The notes under the pieces were generated by a model, which saw nothing but the letters and a program-made list of their open reading frames with translations, had not been told where the DNA came from and made no database searches. Positions 39,653 to 50,406 of a DNA stretch of 64,000 nt are shown here, one piece after another. Within the stretch, counting starts at the first letter, position 1. Every line of letters begins with the position of its first letter. Location of the stretch: NCBI GenBank assembly GCA_964499805.1, contig CAZCMR010000004.1, positions 1,615-65,614 on the forward strand, written 5' to 3'. The position numbers were made by a program, and so were the translations under genes. This stretch comes from an uncultured Sulfurimonas sp. GTDB lineage: Bacteria; Campylobacterota; Campylobacteria; Campylobacterales; Sulfurimonadaceae.

Positions 39653-41026
39653 TTAAAGGAGTTGAAGAAGAAGCATCTCATACTCTTTTAAAAGCTTCTC
39701 TTCAACTCTTTTTTTAGCACGAAAGAGTTTATGGTATTTTTCAAGTTTTTGTCTCTGTGTATCACTAAGTATATTTTCACGTTTTTGTTCCTCTTTGTCT
39801 ATGACAAACGCATCTCTCTTGGCATGTGAATACTCTAAAAGTTTGCGTGTGTAAAAAAGAGCACGTCCTAAGAGAATGTAGGGAAAGTTTTTGTTCTGCA
39901 TAGGTCCTATCTGCAGATACTTCTCCCCAACTCTCTTACCTAAAAGTTTTGTCTTAAAAAGTTCGTCAAATCCAAAATACCCTCCTGCCCCGCCAAGAAC
40001 TCCGCCGATGGCAGCACCTAAAAAGCCGGTATGTCCTGCAAGAAGAAGATCAACACCCGCACCGGTGAGTGCACCGCTTGTAGTAGTTGTAAGCAAAAGC
40101 TCTTTTTTGCTTAATCCGAAGATAGAGGCAGACTCTTTTGAAAAGAGGTCGATATTCTCAAAAGGGAGTTCAAAAATTTTTTCATTGAGATGTGTATGGT
40201 TTAAAACAGCAGCGATCTTTTTATAGCTTTTATGTTCCAGATTTCTGAGTGTCTGTTTGTATCTCTCCTCTAACTTTTTATGCTCTTGTTGTGTTGCCGT
40301 CTCCCCGCTTACAGGAAGTTTTTCTACCTTCGCCAAGGTATCATAGATAAGTCGTGCGATAGTACCGCTGACATCTCTGAGCATCTGATTATGGTATGTC
40401 TCAAAGAGCTCGATGGAGTGTTTGATGCTTGGCATCCACTCCTCGTTGAGGTGTGCCATACTCTCTAGAATCGCAATATGCTCTTTAAACGCAGCACGCA
40501 TTGGATTGTAGGTACGGATGAGTTTGAAGTAGTGCCCGAGTGCCCGTTTCCACTCCTGGGTGTAATCATTTTCATTGATGTGGTTGATGAGCGCCATACT
40601 TGGTTGGTTGCACCAGCGAAGGATCTCCATCTCTGCCTCATATTCACTGGAGTAGGGCTTTGAGGCATCAACGACATAGATAATCCCGGCTCCCTCCAAG
40701 ATAGGTTCTAAAAGTTCTATCTCATCATGGAATTTAGCATCATTTTTATGGGTATCTACAAATTTTTTCACTATTTCATGTTTTTTGTCTGCACTTACTT
40801 CATGGCTCTGTAACCATGCTAAAACTTTTCGTGCTCTTTGAAAGCCGGGTGTGTCAAAAAGCTCATAAACAACGACACCGTCAACTTTAAGGGGAAAACT
40901 TCTTTTTGTGTGGGTCGTGCCCGGAGTGTTGGAGATGACGACAGTGTCATCCATAGACAGGGATGAGACAATGGAACTTTTTCCTTTATTTGGATGTCCT
41001 ACAACGGCAAAAGTCGGATGATTCAT
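39653..41026 (-). CDS. GTPase with DUF3482 domain
   Basis: GHPNKGKSS, PGTT, DTPG, EMEILRW; Gly-rich hydrophobic hairpin. Confidence 0.8.
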   Translation of the reverse strand: MNHPTFAVVGHPNKGKSSIVSSLSMDDTVVISNTPGTTHTKRSFPLKVDGVVVYELFDTPGFQRARKVLAWLQSHEVSADKKHEIVKKFVDTHKNDAKFHDEIELLEPILEGAGIIYVVDASKPYSSEYEAEMEILRWCNQPSMALINHINENDYTQEWKRALGHYFKLIRTYNPMRAAFKEHIAILESMAHLNEEWMPSIKHSIELFETYHNQMLRDVSGTIARLIYDTLAKVEKLPVSGETATQQEHKKLEERYKQTLRNLEHKSYKKIAAVLNHTHLNEKIFELPFENIDLFSKESASIFGLSKKELLLTTTTSGALTGAGVDLLLAGHTGFLGAAIGGVLGGAGGYFGFDELFKTKLLGKRVGEKYLQIGPMQNKNFPYILLGRALFYTRKLLEYSHAKRDAFVIDKEEQKRENILSDTQRQKLEKYHKLFRAKKRVEEKLLKEYEMLLLQLL

Positions 41027-42363
41027 TTTTGTATACTCACATTTTTCAAATTTTGTGCAGCGATCTTTTGTTCCCAGATGGCTAGATCTTCAGGATCTGC
41101 TCTGTAGTGTTCTTTTGCGTAGCCAGTCGGGTAGATACGGAGGCTTTTTACTTTGGGTAAAAGCTCCTCGACAAAATCAATAAACTCCATAGTCGGTACC
41201 TCCCATGCTTTTACGAGTAAAAGAGTATCGCCCTGCATAAGGCTGATGACGCTGCTATCCTCTTTTAGGCTTTTATTCCCGCCCACAGTGTAGGTTTGTT
41301 TCGGGGTAAGATGAAGAGCATCTAAGATGAGCAGAAGCTCCTCTTGATTAAAGGCCCACCCTAATGCAGCGTAGTAGCCTGTTAACGTCTCTTTTGTGGG
41401 CAGTGGAGCAGTTGTCTGCTCTGTCCCCTTTTGCTCTTTTGTATCTGCTGTTGTTGAGATAAGAGGCTCATTCATATCTCTTAAAAGCTCCTGCGCCCCT
41501 TCAATCTGCGAGAGTGCTTTAGAGACTGTTTTACGGAGCTTGATGAAAGTAAAAAGCAGGAATAAAAGACGTAAGAAAATGGCATAAAAGAGGGTGCTGC
41601 AGGCTAAAAACTTCCACCACTCTCCAAAAAGTGAAGCGCTTCTTTGCATCTCTTGCGTGATGTGCCCTCCTAGACGAAAATAATGAGTTTCTTGGATAAG
41701 CTCAAGTGAAACAGCACTTTGCGGACATATTGCCTCAAAAACAAAAGAGAGGGAGTGTAAAAAGTTGTAAAAGGATTGTGTAGTAATATGCAGGGTAGTG
41801 CTCCATCCAAAGGCAATATCCTGCGTAAAGATGACCGCTAAAAAGCCAAGCAGTAAGCCCGTAGAAAAGAGCAGTGCACTTACTTGTACGATAAAGAGGC
41901 TAAAAGTGTATTTTATATCTGCATCTAGCTTGAGCAGGGGGTTGTCCGTAGAAACGAATTTTGCAATGATTTTTTCTGTCCATGTTGTAAGGAAAAATGG
42001 CGTTAACGCTCTGGGAAAAAAGAGAGCAAAAAGAGATAAAAGCATACTGACAATCGGTATAACAACGGCAATTACAAAGAGGTAGATAATATTAACAGGA
42101 TGTTCTCCGTGATAACTCAGCAGTGCTACAGCACTAAAAAGACCAAAAATAAAGCTTAAAAAAAAGAGAATGTTCGTGATGCTTTTAAGGTGCGAAGAGT
42201 GCTGTGGCGCGTTGTGTGATGCCTTGTCCATCCAGAAGAGAAGCTGCTTTGTGTCTGAGAGTTTTTGCATTTGATGTTTCAGAAAAAAAGCACGGCGTTC
42301 CTCTTTTTGTGAATCATCATTTTCCAAAAGATGCGTAAGTTTGAGATAGCTTTGTAAATCCAT
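41023..42363 (-). CDS. DUF2868 family membrane protein
   Basis: LSYHG..PVN, FGWSTTL, WW.FL, AWEVP; coupled to the DUF3482 GTPase. Start at 42363 lies 6 nt after TATAAT. Confidence 0.75.
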   Translation of the reverse strand: MDLQSYLKLTHLLENDDSQKEERRAFFLKHQMQKLSDTKQLLFWMDKASHNAPQHSSHLKSITNILFFLSFIFGLFSAVALLSYHGEHPVNIIYLFVIAVVIPIVSMLLSLFALFFPRALTPFFLTTWTEKIIAKFVSTDNPLLKLDADIKYTFSLFIVQVSALLFSTGLLLGFLAVIFTQDIAFGWSTTLHITTQSFYNFLHSLSFVFEAICPQSAVSLELIQETHYFRLGGHITQEMQRSASLFGEWWKFLACSTLFYAIFLRLLFLLFTFIKLRKTVSKALSQIEGAQELLRDMNEPLISTTADTKEQKGTEQTTAPLPTKETLTGYYAALGWAFNQEELLLILDALHLTPKQTYTVGGNKSLKEDSSVISLMQGDTLLLVKAWEVPTMEFIDFVEELLPKVKSLRIYPTGYAKEHYRADPEDLAIWEQKIAAQNLKNVSIQK

Positions 42364-42457
42364 AAAAAGATTATACATTAATTTATTCGATGTTTCTTAA
42401 TTGTTAGAGAGTTATGGTAAACTATGTAAATATGTAACTTTTTAGAGGGAGTGCTTG

Positions 42458-44164
42458 ATGTATCAACAAAAATCGACCTTAAAAGAATTGATTTGTAATG
42501 CAAAAAATTTGACTATTTTGTTTGTTGAGGATGATGAATCGACGAGAATAGAACTTATCAACTTTTTAGGTACATTTTTCCCAAAGATTATTAGTGCAAA
42601 AGATGGAAAAGAGGCATGGGAAAAATTTAATCATAACAGAATTGATTTGGTTGTTACAGACATTACTCTCCCTCACATTAACGGTCTGGAACTTATCTCC
42701 ATGATACGTGAGCAAAATGCCACTATACCACTGCTTATTCTCTCCGCTCATACAGAATCAAAATACTTTTTAGAGAGCATAAAGTATGGAGTAGACGGCT
42801 ATCTTATGAAGCCTTTTGATTTGGAACAGTTTCTCTCTGTTGTCTCTAAAGTTGTCTATCGTCTTGATATGGAACAGAAGTTCATAGAGTACAATCAAAA
42901 TCTTGAGCGTATGGTGGAAAAAAAGACCTATGAGCTTGAACATAAATATCTTTATGACCAAAGAACAGGACTGCCAAACGCAATAATGCTGAAAAATGAT
43001 TTGATAATAAAAAAAGAGGGATATATGATACTGCTGGATATCTCTCACTTTTCAGTGCTAAACAAAGAGTACGGGAAAGATTTTGCAAATGATGTGATAA
43101 AAAACACGGCTCAAAAACTCTCTACAAACATTATCAGTAATTCCAGACTTTACAAGGTAGAATCAGACAGGTTTGCCTACATCGTTGATGTAACGACAAA
43201 AGAGGAGATAGCATTCTACTGCAATCAGATCATAGCCTTTTTTGATAATGACAATATTGTTGTCGATGATGTCTCGATTCACATCTCTTTTTGTATCGGA
43301 GCAGATAAAATTCGTGATGAAGTCTCTGAAACTTTGGTAAATTGTGAATATGCACTTGACAAGGCAAAGGAGTTCGGCAGTAGGCACTTTGAAGTTTATA
43401 ACGAAGAGGATTTGGATTTTGTAGATAAAAAAGAGGCTGTAAAGTGGCTTCGACTTACAAGAGAGCTGATTGATAATGACGGGATAGAACCCTATTATCA
43501 GCCCATAAAAGATACTCAGAGCGGTAAAATAGTAAAGTACGAAGTGCTTGCAAGAGGTGTCTATGAGCATGAAGTGACCGACCCGCTCTATTTTTTACAT
43601 TCAGCTGAAAAGTTGGGACTTTTGACTACTATCACCCGCACAATCATCAAAAAAAGTTTTGCCTATATGCATGATAAAGATGTTGAGTTCTCTATCAATT
43701 TAACTGAAAAAGATTTGATAGATGAGAGTTTTTTAATCTATCTGCAAAATCATGCCAAAGAGTATGAAATCGAACCGTCTCGTGTGACATTTGAGATTTT
43801 AGAGAATATAACCGTTGTGAAAAATGCAGATGCTATTAAAGAGCAGCTTTCACTCTTGAGGGGAATGGGATTTAAGATGGCAGTAGATGATTTTGGGGTG
43901 GAAAATTCCAATCTGAGCCGATTTTTGGATATGCATTTTGATTTTATCAAGATAGATGGTGTCTTTATAAAAGATATTGTTTCAAATGAAAAAAACATTA
44001 AACTCACTAAAGCGATAGTAAGTCTGGCAAAAAGTCTGGGTATGCAGACAATTGCTGAGTATGTCAAAGATGAGGCAACATACAATATGGTAAAAGAGCT
44101 TGGTGTGGATCTGGCACAGGGCTTTTACATAGGAAAACCAAGTGAAAGGCTTATGGAAGGATGA
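42458..44164 (+). CDS. REC - degenerate GGDEF - EAL phosphodiesterase
   Basis: REC domain; ESDRF in place of GGDEF; YEVLAR, FEILE, DDFG, IKIDG, AEYV, QGF. Confidence 0.9.
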   Translation: MYQQKSTLKELICNAKNLTILFVEDDESTRIELINFLGTFFPKIISAKDGKEAWEKFNHNRIDLVVTDITLPHINGLELISMIREQNATIPLLILSAHTESKYFLESIKYGVDGYLMKPFDLEQFLSVVSKVVYRLDMEQKFIEYNQNLERMVEKKTYELEHKYLYDQRTGLPNAIMLKNDLIIKKEGYMILLDISHFSVLNKEYGKDFANDVIKNTAQKLSTNIISNSRLYKVESDRFAYIVDVTTKEEIAFYCNQIIAFFDNDNIVVDDVSIHISFCIGADKIRDEVSETLVNCEYALDKAKEFGSRHFEVYNEEDLDFVDKKEAVKWLRLTRELIDNDGIEPYYQPIKDTQSGKIVKYEVLARGVYEHEVTDPLYFLHSAEKLGLLTTITRTIIKKSFAYMHDKDVEFSINLTEKDLIDESFLIYLQNHAKEYEIEPSRVTFEILENITVVKNADAIKEQLSLLRGMGFKMAVDDFGVENSNLSRFLDMHFDFIKIDGVFIKDIVSNEKNIKLTKAIVSLAKSLGMQTIAEYVKDEATYNMVKELGVDLAQGFYIGKPSERLMEG

Positions 44165-45489
44165 AGCTCTCCCATTTAGAGCAAATAGTCAAGTATCTGC
44201 AAAAATTTAAAAAAATATCTGCCATTCACAGAGTAAACGATACAACTGTAAAGGTTGTTTTTGATAAAAGTGATGCACTCTTTTTTAATATGCAACGCTC
44301 AAACTCCTCTATCTTTAAGTGTAAAGAGTATCCCCGCTCAAAGGTCTATAATGCACCCTTTGATGTGATACTTGCCAAAAGATTTAATCGTGCGAATATC
44401 TTAAATATTGAGCTGCTTCATGGTGATAAGATCATACGCATAAAAAGCTCTTTGGCCTCGGCATATAAAGAGGAGATCACCTATCTGCAGTTTGAATTTA
44501 CAGGAAAATATACAAATGTCATAATCTTGGATGCGCAAAACAATGTTTTAGAAGCGCTGCGGCATATCGACCTCTTCTCCTCTTTTAGAGAGGTAAAAGT
44601 CGGACATAAACTCCTTGATGTAAAGCCTGCTCCTTTTGTAGCAAAAGAGTATCCTCTGGATGATGTTGAAGCCTTTTTATATGAAGTGTATGAAAAAGAG
44701 CAAAATGCAAAACTCTCAAATCTGAAAAAGCAAAAAGTTGCCTATCTGCAAAAGAAACTTAAAAAACTGCAAAAGCTTTATGAAAAACTTGAATCGCAGG
44801 AGGACTTGGAAGCTGAAGCAGCAAAGTATCAACACTATGGAAATATTCTTCTTGCCAATGCCTCTAGTATCAAACCGTATGAAAAAAAACTCTTACTCAA
44901 GGAGTATGACGGTACTGCGTTTGAGATAGTGCTTGATAAAGAGTATGCGACTCCTTTTTTGATAAGTGAAATGTTCTTTACAAAAAGTAAAAAAGCAAAA
45001 CAAAGAGCGAAGAATCTCCATATCGAAGAGGAGTCTCTCTCCTCGAAGATAGAGCATCTTAAGCTTTTTATCCATACTGTAAACGCAGCGAAAGATGTAT
45101 CTAAAATAGAGTTGCTGTTTCCTAAAAAAGTGCAGAACAAGAAGGTAAAACGCAATGATTCCATTGAAGTATTTTGGATAGAGGGGTACAAAGTCCAGCT
45201 TGGAAAGAGCGAAAAGGGCAATATTGAACTACTTAAAAATGCGCGTGCAAAAGATATTTGGCTCCATATGAAAGATAGACCCTCTGCTCATGTTATCATC
45301 ACGACAGACAAACAAAATCTGCCGCAAAATATCATTTTGGCAGCGGCAAGGCTCTGTGTAGATTTTACAACGACTGCAAAAGATAGATTTTTGGTCGATT
45401 ATACTCCTAGACGTGAAGTTACTATTCAAAATGGAGCAAATGTTCTTTATAACAAGTACAAAACCATTGAAGTGGATACTCGGGTTTAA
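44161..45489 (+). CDS. NFACT family protein (RqcH/FbpA-like)
   Basis: EFTGKYTNVIIL, central coiled coil, DIWLH..PSAHVII, VDYT. Confidence 0.85.
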   Translation: MKLSHLEQIVKYLQKFKKISAIHRVNDTTVKVVFDKSDALFFNMQRSNSSIFKCKEYPRSKVYNAPFDVILAKRFNRANILNIELLHGDKIIRIKSSLASAYKEEITYLQFEFTGKYTNVIILDAQNNVLEALRHIDLFSSFREVKVGHKLLDVKPAPFVAKEYPLDDVEAFLYEVYEKEQNAKLSNLKKQKVAYLQKKLKKLQKLYEKLESQEDLEAEAAKYQHYGNILLANASSIKPYEKKLLLKEYDGTAFEIVLDKEYATPFLISEMFFTKSKKAKQRAKNLHIEEESLSSKIEHLKLFIHTVNAAKDVSKIELLFPKKVQNKKVKRNDSIEVFWIEGYKVQLGKSEKGNIELLKNARAKDIWLHMKDRPSAHVIITTDKQNLPQNIILAAARLCVDFTTTAKDRFLVDYTPRREVTIQNGANVLYNKYKTIEVDTRV

Positions 45490-45548
45490 AGAGTGTTTGT
45501 GATATTTGTATATCATTAGAGAGTAGATTACAAAAAAAAGGAATAGAG

Positions 45549-46034
45549 ATGAAAAGAATGATGTTTAAAACAGTTTCCGCAGTTGCTCTTGTAGGAACTC
45601 TCAGTACTTCAGCAGTGGCAGATGAACCGCAGTTTGGTTTGGGTGTGGGTGTAGCAGGGCAAAACAGCACAACAATTAGAGGAACTATTACTTTAGATGA
45701 CCAGCTGCGTTTAGAACCATATTTTGGATTTTCATATCTAAATCCGGACAAAGGGGACTCAAGAACGGATATTGAACTTGGTTCTGCTCTGCATATAATG
45801 GCACCAATCAATAATAAGATCCGTGCATATTATGGTGGTTTTGCAGGAATCAAAAATCATGACTATGGTAATGGTGATTCTGGAACAGTTTTAAATCTTG
45901 GACCGGTTGCAGGTGTTGAGTATGCTTTTGATCCACACTTCACTCTTGGTGCTGAAGTGCGTCTGAATGCAGGTTTTGGCGACTATACTACTATAGGTAC
46001 GGATTCTGCAGTATTGTTGCGTTATTATTACTAG
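45549..46034 (+). CDS. Small outer-membrane beta-barrel protein
   Basis: Signal peptide, alternating beta pattern, C-terminal LRYYY. Confidence 0.7.
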   Translation: MKRMMFKTVSAVALVGTLSTSAVADEPQFGLGVGVAGQNSTTIRGTITLDDQLRLEPYFGFSYLNPDKGDSRTDIELGSALHIMAPINNKIRAYYGGFAGIKNHDYGNGDSGTVLNLGPVAGVEYAFDPHFTLGAEVRLNAGFGDYTTIGTDSAVLLRYYY

Positions 46035-46068
46035 GAAGAGTTTCTTCCTTATTTGAGAGGAGTTTGTT

Positions 46069-46386
46069 ATGGCGATAAGTCCTTTGGGAAATGTTGTTTT
46101 GGTCAACCAGATGACACCTGCTGCTACAGCTCCTCAAAATGCACACACCAACCGTGTGGAACTTCAAAACTTTATGGCTCAGGCTGCTGTACAGGAAAAA
46201 GATGAAAAAGTGTTGGAGATTCGTGAGGCTGAAGAGTCGCATGAAATCGATCCTGACCGTGAGCATCAACAACAAGAAGCGGATGAAGAGATGAAAAATA
46301 TGTCTCAAAAACGCCGTGCACACTTCAAAGATGAAGAGGACTCTTCAGATACTCCCCCTTTACATAAATTAGATATTAAAGTCTGA
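46069..46386 (+). CDS. Conserved hypothetical protein upstream of cdsA
   Basis: AGGAG SD; acidic, charged protein ending HKLDIKV; typical Campylobacterota position. Confidence 0.7.
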   Translation: MAISPLGNVVLVNQMTPAATAPQNAHTNRVELQNFMAQAAVQEKDEKVLEIREAEESHEIDPDREHQQQEADEEMKNMSQKRRAHFKDEEDSSDTPPLHKLDIKV

Positions 46387-46426
46387 TTGGATATACTTAC
46401 TTACTTTAAGATTTATAGGAATTTTT

Positions 46427-47182
46427 ATGCGTATGTTTGAAAATAATAGAGAGCGGATTGTTACCGGTGTAGCACTTTTAGCTGCAGTTTTTGTGATAGG
46501 CTGGATTGACAACTTCTTTGTGATGTGGTTTGTATTTGGTTTTATCTATCTTCTTGCATTTAAAGAGGCGGTACGACTTTTTGGTGTTGAAAAAGATAAT
46601 CTTCTTCCCTATGCTGCTCTTCTTTGGCTTATTGCGGGTATCTATCCGTATGGGGATGATCTGTTTGTTTTGGCGGGAGTTGGATATGCAAGTCTTGTTG
46701 CTTACAACAAAGAGGTGAAGTGGAGAGATTTTTTCCCGTTTTTATACCCTACTGCCGGACTTCTGTTTGTCTTTACGATGTATCAGGAGTACGGTGTGCT
46801 CTCTCTTTTATGGCTTTTGGCAGTTGTTGCTCTTACAGATATCGGTGCTTATGCGGTTGGTAAAAGTATTGGTAAAACGCCTTTTTGTGAAACAAGTCCA
46901 AATAAAACTCTAGAGGGTGTCTTTGGCGGCGTTGTGGTTGCTACGCTTGTGGGCGCATTTTTTGGGCTCTATGTTGTTGACTTTTGGACTGCGTTTATCA
47001 TCTCCTTGGCCGTCTCTGCGACCTCTATCTTCGGTGATCTGTTTGAGTCTTCACTCAAACGCAGTGCAGGTGTCAAAGACAGTGGCGACCTTCTTCCCGG
47101 ACATGGCGGTGTACTTGATAGAATAGATGGCTATCTTTTTGGCGGAATTGTAATGCTGGTACTGCTTCGAGGACTTGTTTAG
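46427..47182 (+). CDS. cdsA: Phosphatidate cytidylyltransferase
   Basis: SPNKTLEG, GDLFESSLKRSAGVKDSG, PGHGGVLDRID. Confidence 0.95.
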   Translation: MRMFENNRERIVTGVALLAAVFVIGWIDNFFVMWFVFGFIYLLAFKEAVRLFGVEKDNLLPYAALLWLIAGIYPYGDDLFVLAGVGYASLVAYNKEVKWRDFFPFLYPTAGLLFVFTMYQEYGVLSLLWLLAVVALTDIGAYAVGKSIGKTPFCETSPNKTLEGVFGGVVVATLVGAFFGLYVVDFWTAFIISLAVSATSIFGDLFESSLKRSAGVKDSGDLLPGHGGVLDRIDGYLFGGIVMLVLLRGLV

Positions 47183-48256
47183 GTGGTTCTTTTAGGCTCA
47201 ACAGGTTCTATCGGGGTCAACGCTCTTTTAGTTGCTAAAAGATTTGGCATTGATGTTGAGGTACTTGTCTGCGGTAAAAACATCCAACTCTTAAACAAAC
47301 AGATAGTCGAGCATAAACCTAAAGTTGTTGTTATCGCTGATGCGGCAGATAGTGGTAAGGTAAATCATCACTGCGTTTATGCAGGGGAAGAGGCGATACT
47401 TAGAGTAATTGAAGATGCTTCAAGTAAACTGGTCGTGAATGCGCTTGTGGGTTTTTTGGGGCTTCGTCCAACACTTAAAGCCATCGAGTGTGATAAAAAA
47501 GTAGCACTTGCAAATAAGGAATCTCTTGTTGCCTGTGGTGCCTTCATCGATACTTCAAAAATCCAGCCAATCGACAGCGAACACTTCGGACTTTGGTATC
47601 TTTTGCAGGAGAGACCCCTCAAGCGGATGATAATCACGGCAAGCGGTGGAGCATTTCGAGACTGGGATATAAAACGGCTTGAAAATGCAACGCTTGAAGA
47701 TACGCAAAAACATCCAAACTGGTCTATGGGACAAAAGATCACCATAGACAGCGCTACCATGGTAAACAAGATGTTTGAACTTTTAGAGGCACGCTGGCTC
47801 TTTGGCGAAGGCGAGTATGATGCCATCATAGAGACACGTTCTCTTATTCATGCAATGATAGACTTTAAAGACGGTTCAACCACAGCACACTTTGCAAACG
47901 CAAGTATGCAGCTGCCGATTGCATATGCACTTGATGAAAAAATGGATGAGGGTATTTTAGAACATGTTGATTTACTCAAAGTAGGCTCTTTGGAGTTTCG
48001 AGAGATTACAAAAGAGCGTTATCCTGTCTGGCAGATAAAAGAGGAACTTTTAAACAATCCTCTTAAAGGTGTGGTTATAAACGCAGCAAATGAGGCTGCC
48101 ATAGAGATGTTTATAAACAAAGAGATTGGTTTCATGGATATAAGTAAGCAGATTATAGATGCCTATGAAAGATTTGATAATTTACCTTCTAATGTAGATG
48201 ATGTTTTCTTAGTTGATAAAGAGGTAAGAGCTTTTGTTCAAAAATATTGTAGATAG
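47183..48256 (+). CDS. dxr: 1-deoxy-D-xylulose-5-phosphate reductoisomerase
   Basis: LGSTGSIG, LANKES, PIDSEH, HPNWSMGQKITIDSAT. Confidence 0.97.
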   Translation: MVLLGSTGSIGVNALLVAKRFGIDVEVLVCGKNIQLLNKQIVEHKPKVVVIADAADSGKVNHHCVYAGEEAILRVIEDASSKLVVNALVGFLGLRPTLKAIECDKKVALANKESLVACGAFIDTSKIQPIDSEHFGLWYLLQERPLKRMIITASGGAFRDWDIKRLENATLEDTQKHPNWSMGQKITIDSATMVNKMFELLEARWLFGEGEYDAIIETRSLIHAMIDFKDGSTTAHFANASMQLPIAYALDEKMDEGILEHVDLLKVGSLEFREITKERYPVWQIKEELLNNPLKGVVINAANEAAIEMFINKEIGFMDISKQIIDAYERFDNLPSNVDDVFLVDKEVRAFVQKYCR

Positions 48257-49226
48257 ATTAATAGGACTCATTGAAAAATTTTCAGCTTTTGAAATCGTAA
48301 TTTTTTTAACGACAGCTGTTGTTTTTGCCTCTATCCTTTGTGTTTACATTGTGACTCTGCTTGCTGGAGTAATGTATCGAGATATTTTTTTACTCTTTTC
48401 TATTGTACTGCCACTTTTACTTTCACCTCCTCTCATACTGCTTGTGATTAAGTTGACAAAGCATCTTTCTGAATACAAAAGCTTTCTCTCTCAAGAGATA
48501 CAAAAGAGTAAAGAAAAAGATGTGATTATGTATGAGCAGGAGCGTTTTGTGTTTATGGGGGAGATGATGGCAAACATATCTCACCAGTGGAAACAGCCGC
48601 TCAATACGATAAACTTAAGTATTGTAGATGCAAAGGTTTCATCTTATGAGAGAGAGAAGGTAGAGAAATCATTTGAAATTATTGAGAACAATGTGAATTA
48701 CCTTGCGACGACAGTAGATGATTTTTTATCTTTTTTTGATCAAAAACGCTATAAAGATTTAAAAAGTTTACCTGAAATTCTTTCTGAAGTAAGAAGCATA
48801 TATGAGGGGACGATTATAGCAAACGGTATAGAGTTAAAAATGGAGTTGGCAAATGACGCAAAAGATATTTTGGTCGCTGCTTCTGTCATCCAGATTATTT
48901 TAAATTTGCTCTCAAATGCTAAAGATGCTTTAGCTGATGAGCCTCAAAGTAAAAGGATTGTACTGCGTTTGATTACACTTGATAATATGCTGAAAATCAG
49001 ATGTTGTGATAGTGGCAAAGGGGTGAGAGAAGATGTTATGAAAAGTATTTTTGACCCCTACTTCACAACAAAAGAGAAAAAACAGGGAACGGGTCTGGGG
49101 CTGTATATGTCCAAACAGATTGCGCATGTTGTCTTTGATGGAGATATTTATGTAGATATGTTTAACCATGCCTGTTTTATTGTTGATTTGCCTTATGGTG
49201 AAAATTGTACCTTGGAGAAAAAATGA
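48234..49226 (+). CDS. Membrane sensor histidine kinase
   Basis: Two TM helices, [25 protein letters not shown]. Confidence 0.85.
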   Translation: MFKNIVDRLIGLIEKFSAFEIVIFLTTAVVFASILCVYIVTLLAGVMYRDIFLLFSIVLPLLLSPPLILLVIKLTKHLSEYKSFLSQEIQKSKEKDVIMYEQERFVFMGEMMANISHQWKQPLNTINLSIVDAKVSSYEREKVEKSFEIIENNVNYLATTVDDFLSFFDQKRYKDLKSLPEILSEVRSIYEGTIIANGIELKMELANDAKDILVAASVIQIILNLLSNAKDALADEPQSKRIVLRLITLDNMLKIRCCDSGKGVREDVMKSIFDPYFTTKEKKQGTGLGLYMSKQIAHVVFDGDIYVDMFNHACFIVDLPYGENCTLEKK

Positions 49227-50200
49227 TACTAAGTATTGAGAGCTCGTGTGATGATAGTGCCATTGCGATAACTGAGATAGAGACAAAGCGACTAGTTTTT
49301 CATAAAAAGATATCCCAAGAGATTGAGCACAGTATATATGGTGGTGTTGTTCCAGAGCTTGCCGCGCGTCTGCATGCCGAAGCTCTGCCAAAGATTCTTG
49401 CAGAGTGTGAGCCTTATTTTGACAAACTCAAAGCTGTGGCAGTCACATCTTCTCCCGGTCTTGCTGTAACGCTCATTGAAGGTATCACTTTGGCAAAAGC
49501 AGTGAGTGTGGCTCTTGATATTCCAATCATTGGGGTAAATCATCTTATAGGGCATATATACTCTCTTTTTATAGAGAAAGAAACACTATTTCCTCTTACT
49601 GTTTTACTTGTTTCTGGCGGACATACACAGGTGATGGAAGTTAAAAGTCTCAACGATATTCAAACAGTTGCCAAGAGTATGGATGACAGTTTTGGTGAGA
49701 GCTTTGACAAGGTGGCCAAAATGATGGGGCTTGGTTATCCCGGTGGTCCAGCCATACAAAATCTTGCTAAAGAGGGGGATAGAAAGAGATATGATTTCAC
49801 AGTACCGCTTTTGAGAACTCCAAAGTTTGCTTTTAGTTACTCGGGGCTGAAAAATGCAGTACGTTTAGCTGTAGAGGATGCACAAAAAGAGGACTACAAA
49901 GATATCGCCGCATCGTTTGAGCATATAGCTACGAAACATCTGACACATAAACTCAAAAAGTATTTTCAAAACCATCCTCCAAAAACTTTTGCCATTGTAG
50001 GAGGTGCGAGTGCAAACCTCTACCTGCGTTCACAGATAGAAGAGATACTCAGACCTCATGGAGCAAGGTTGCTTTTGAGCGAACTGCAGTACTGTTCTGA
50101 TAATGCGGCAATGATAGGAAGAGTAGCGATAGATATGTATCGGGCTAAAATGTTTAGTTCACTAAATGAGTTAAATGCTGTTGCAAAAAGTAGCTTATAA
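49223..50200 (+). CDS. tsaD: tRNA N6-threonylcarbamoyltransferase
   Basis: [37 protein letters not shown]. Confidence 0.97.
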   Translation: MILSIESSCDDSAIAITEIETKRLVFHKKISQEIEHSIYGGVVPELAARLHAEALPKILAECEPYFDKLKAVAVTSSPGLAVTLIEGITLAKAVSVALDIPIIGVNHLIGHIYSLFIEKETLFPLTVLLVSGGHTQVMEVKSLNDIQTVAKSMDDSFGESFDKVAKMMGLGYPGGPAIQNLAKEGDRKRYDFTVPLLRTPKFAFSYSGLKNAVRLAVEDAQKEDYKDIAASFEHIATKHLTHKLKKYFQNHPPKTFAIVGGASANLYLRSQIEEILRPHGARLLLSELQYCSDNAAMIGRVAIDMYRAKMFSSLNELNAVAKSSL

Positions 50201-50406
50201 CTTAAAATAAACTTATATGTAAAGGTTTGTTTACTAAATAAGACAAAAATTATCCGAATTAAAATATACTTCTACTACAAAAAGGTTAAGAAGTTCTTTT
50301 TTCAAAAAATGCAAAGCATTTTGGGCTTCCTGCCGAAGGGAATAGATTGTTAGAAATTAACAAAAGTTTCCCTTCATTTTATAAAATTAAAAAAAAGGAT
50401 TTGAAT

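Noticed and set aside
50347-50406. Upstream-extended starts in the ORF track (tpx, recA, mgtE, tsaD, helicase, DUF2868, PAS 19949)
   Set aside because: Extensions run through promoter or SD sequence; downstream ATGs fit the family N-termini.
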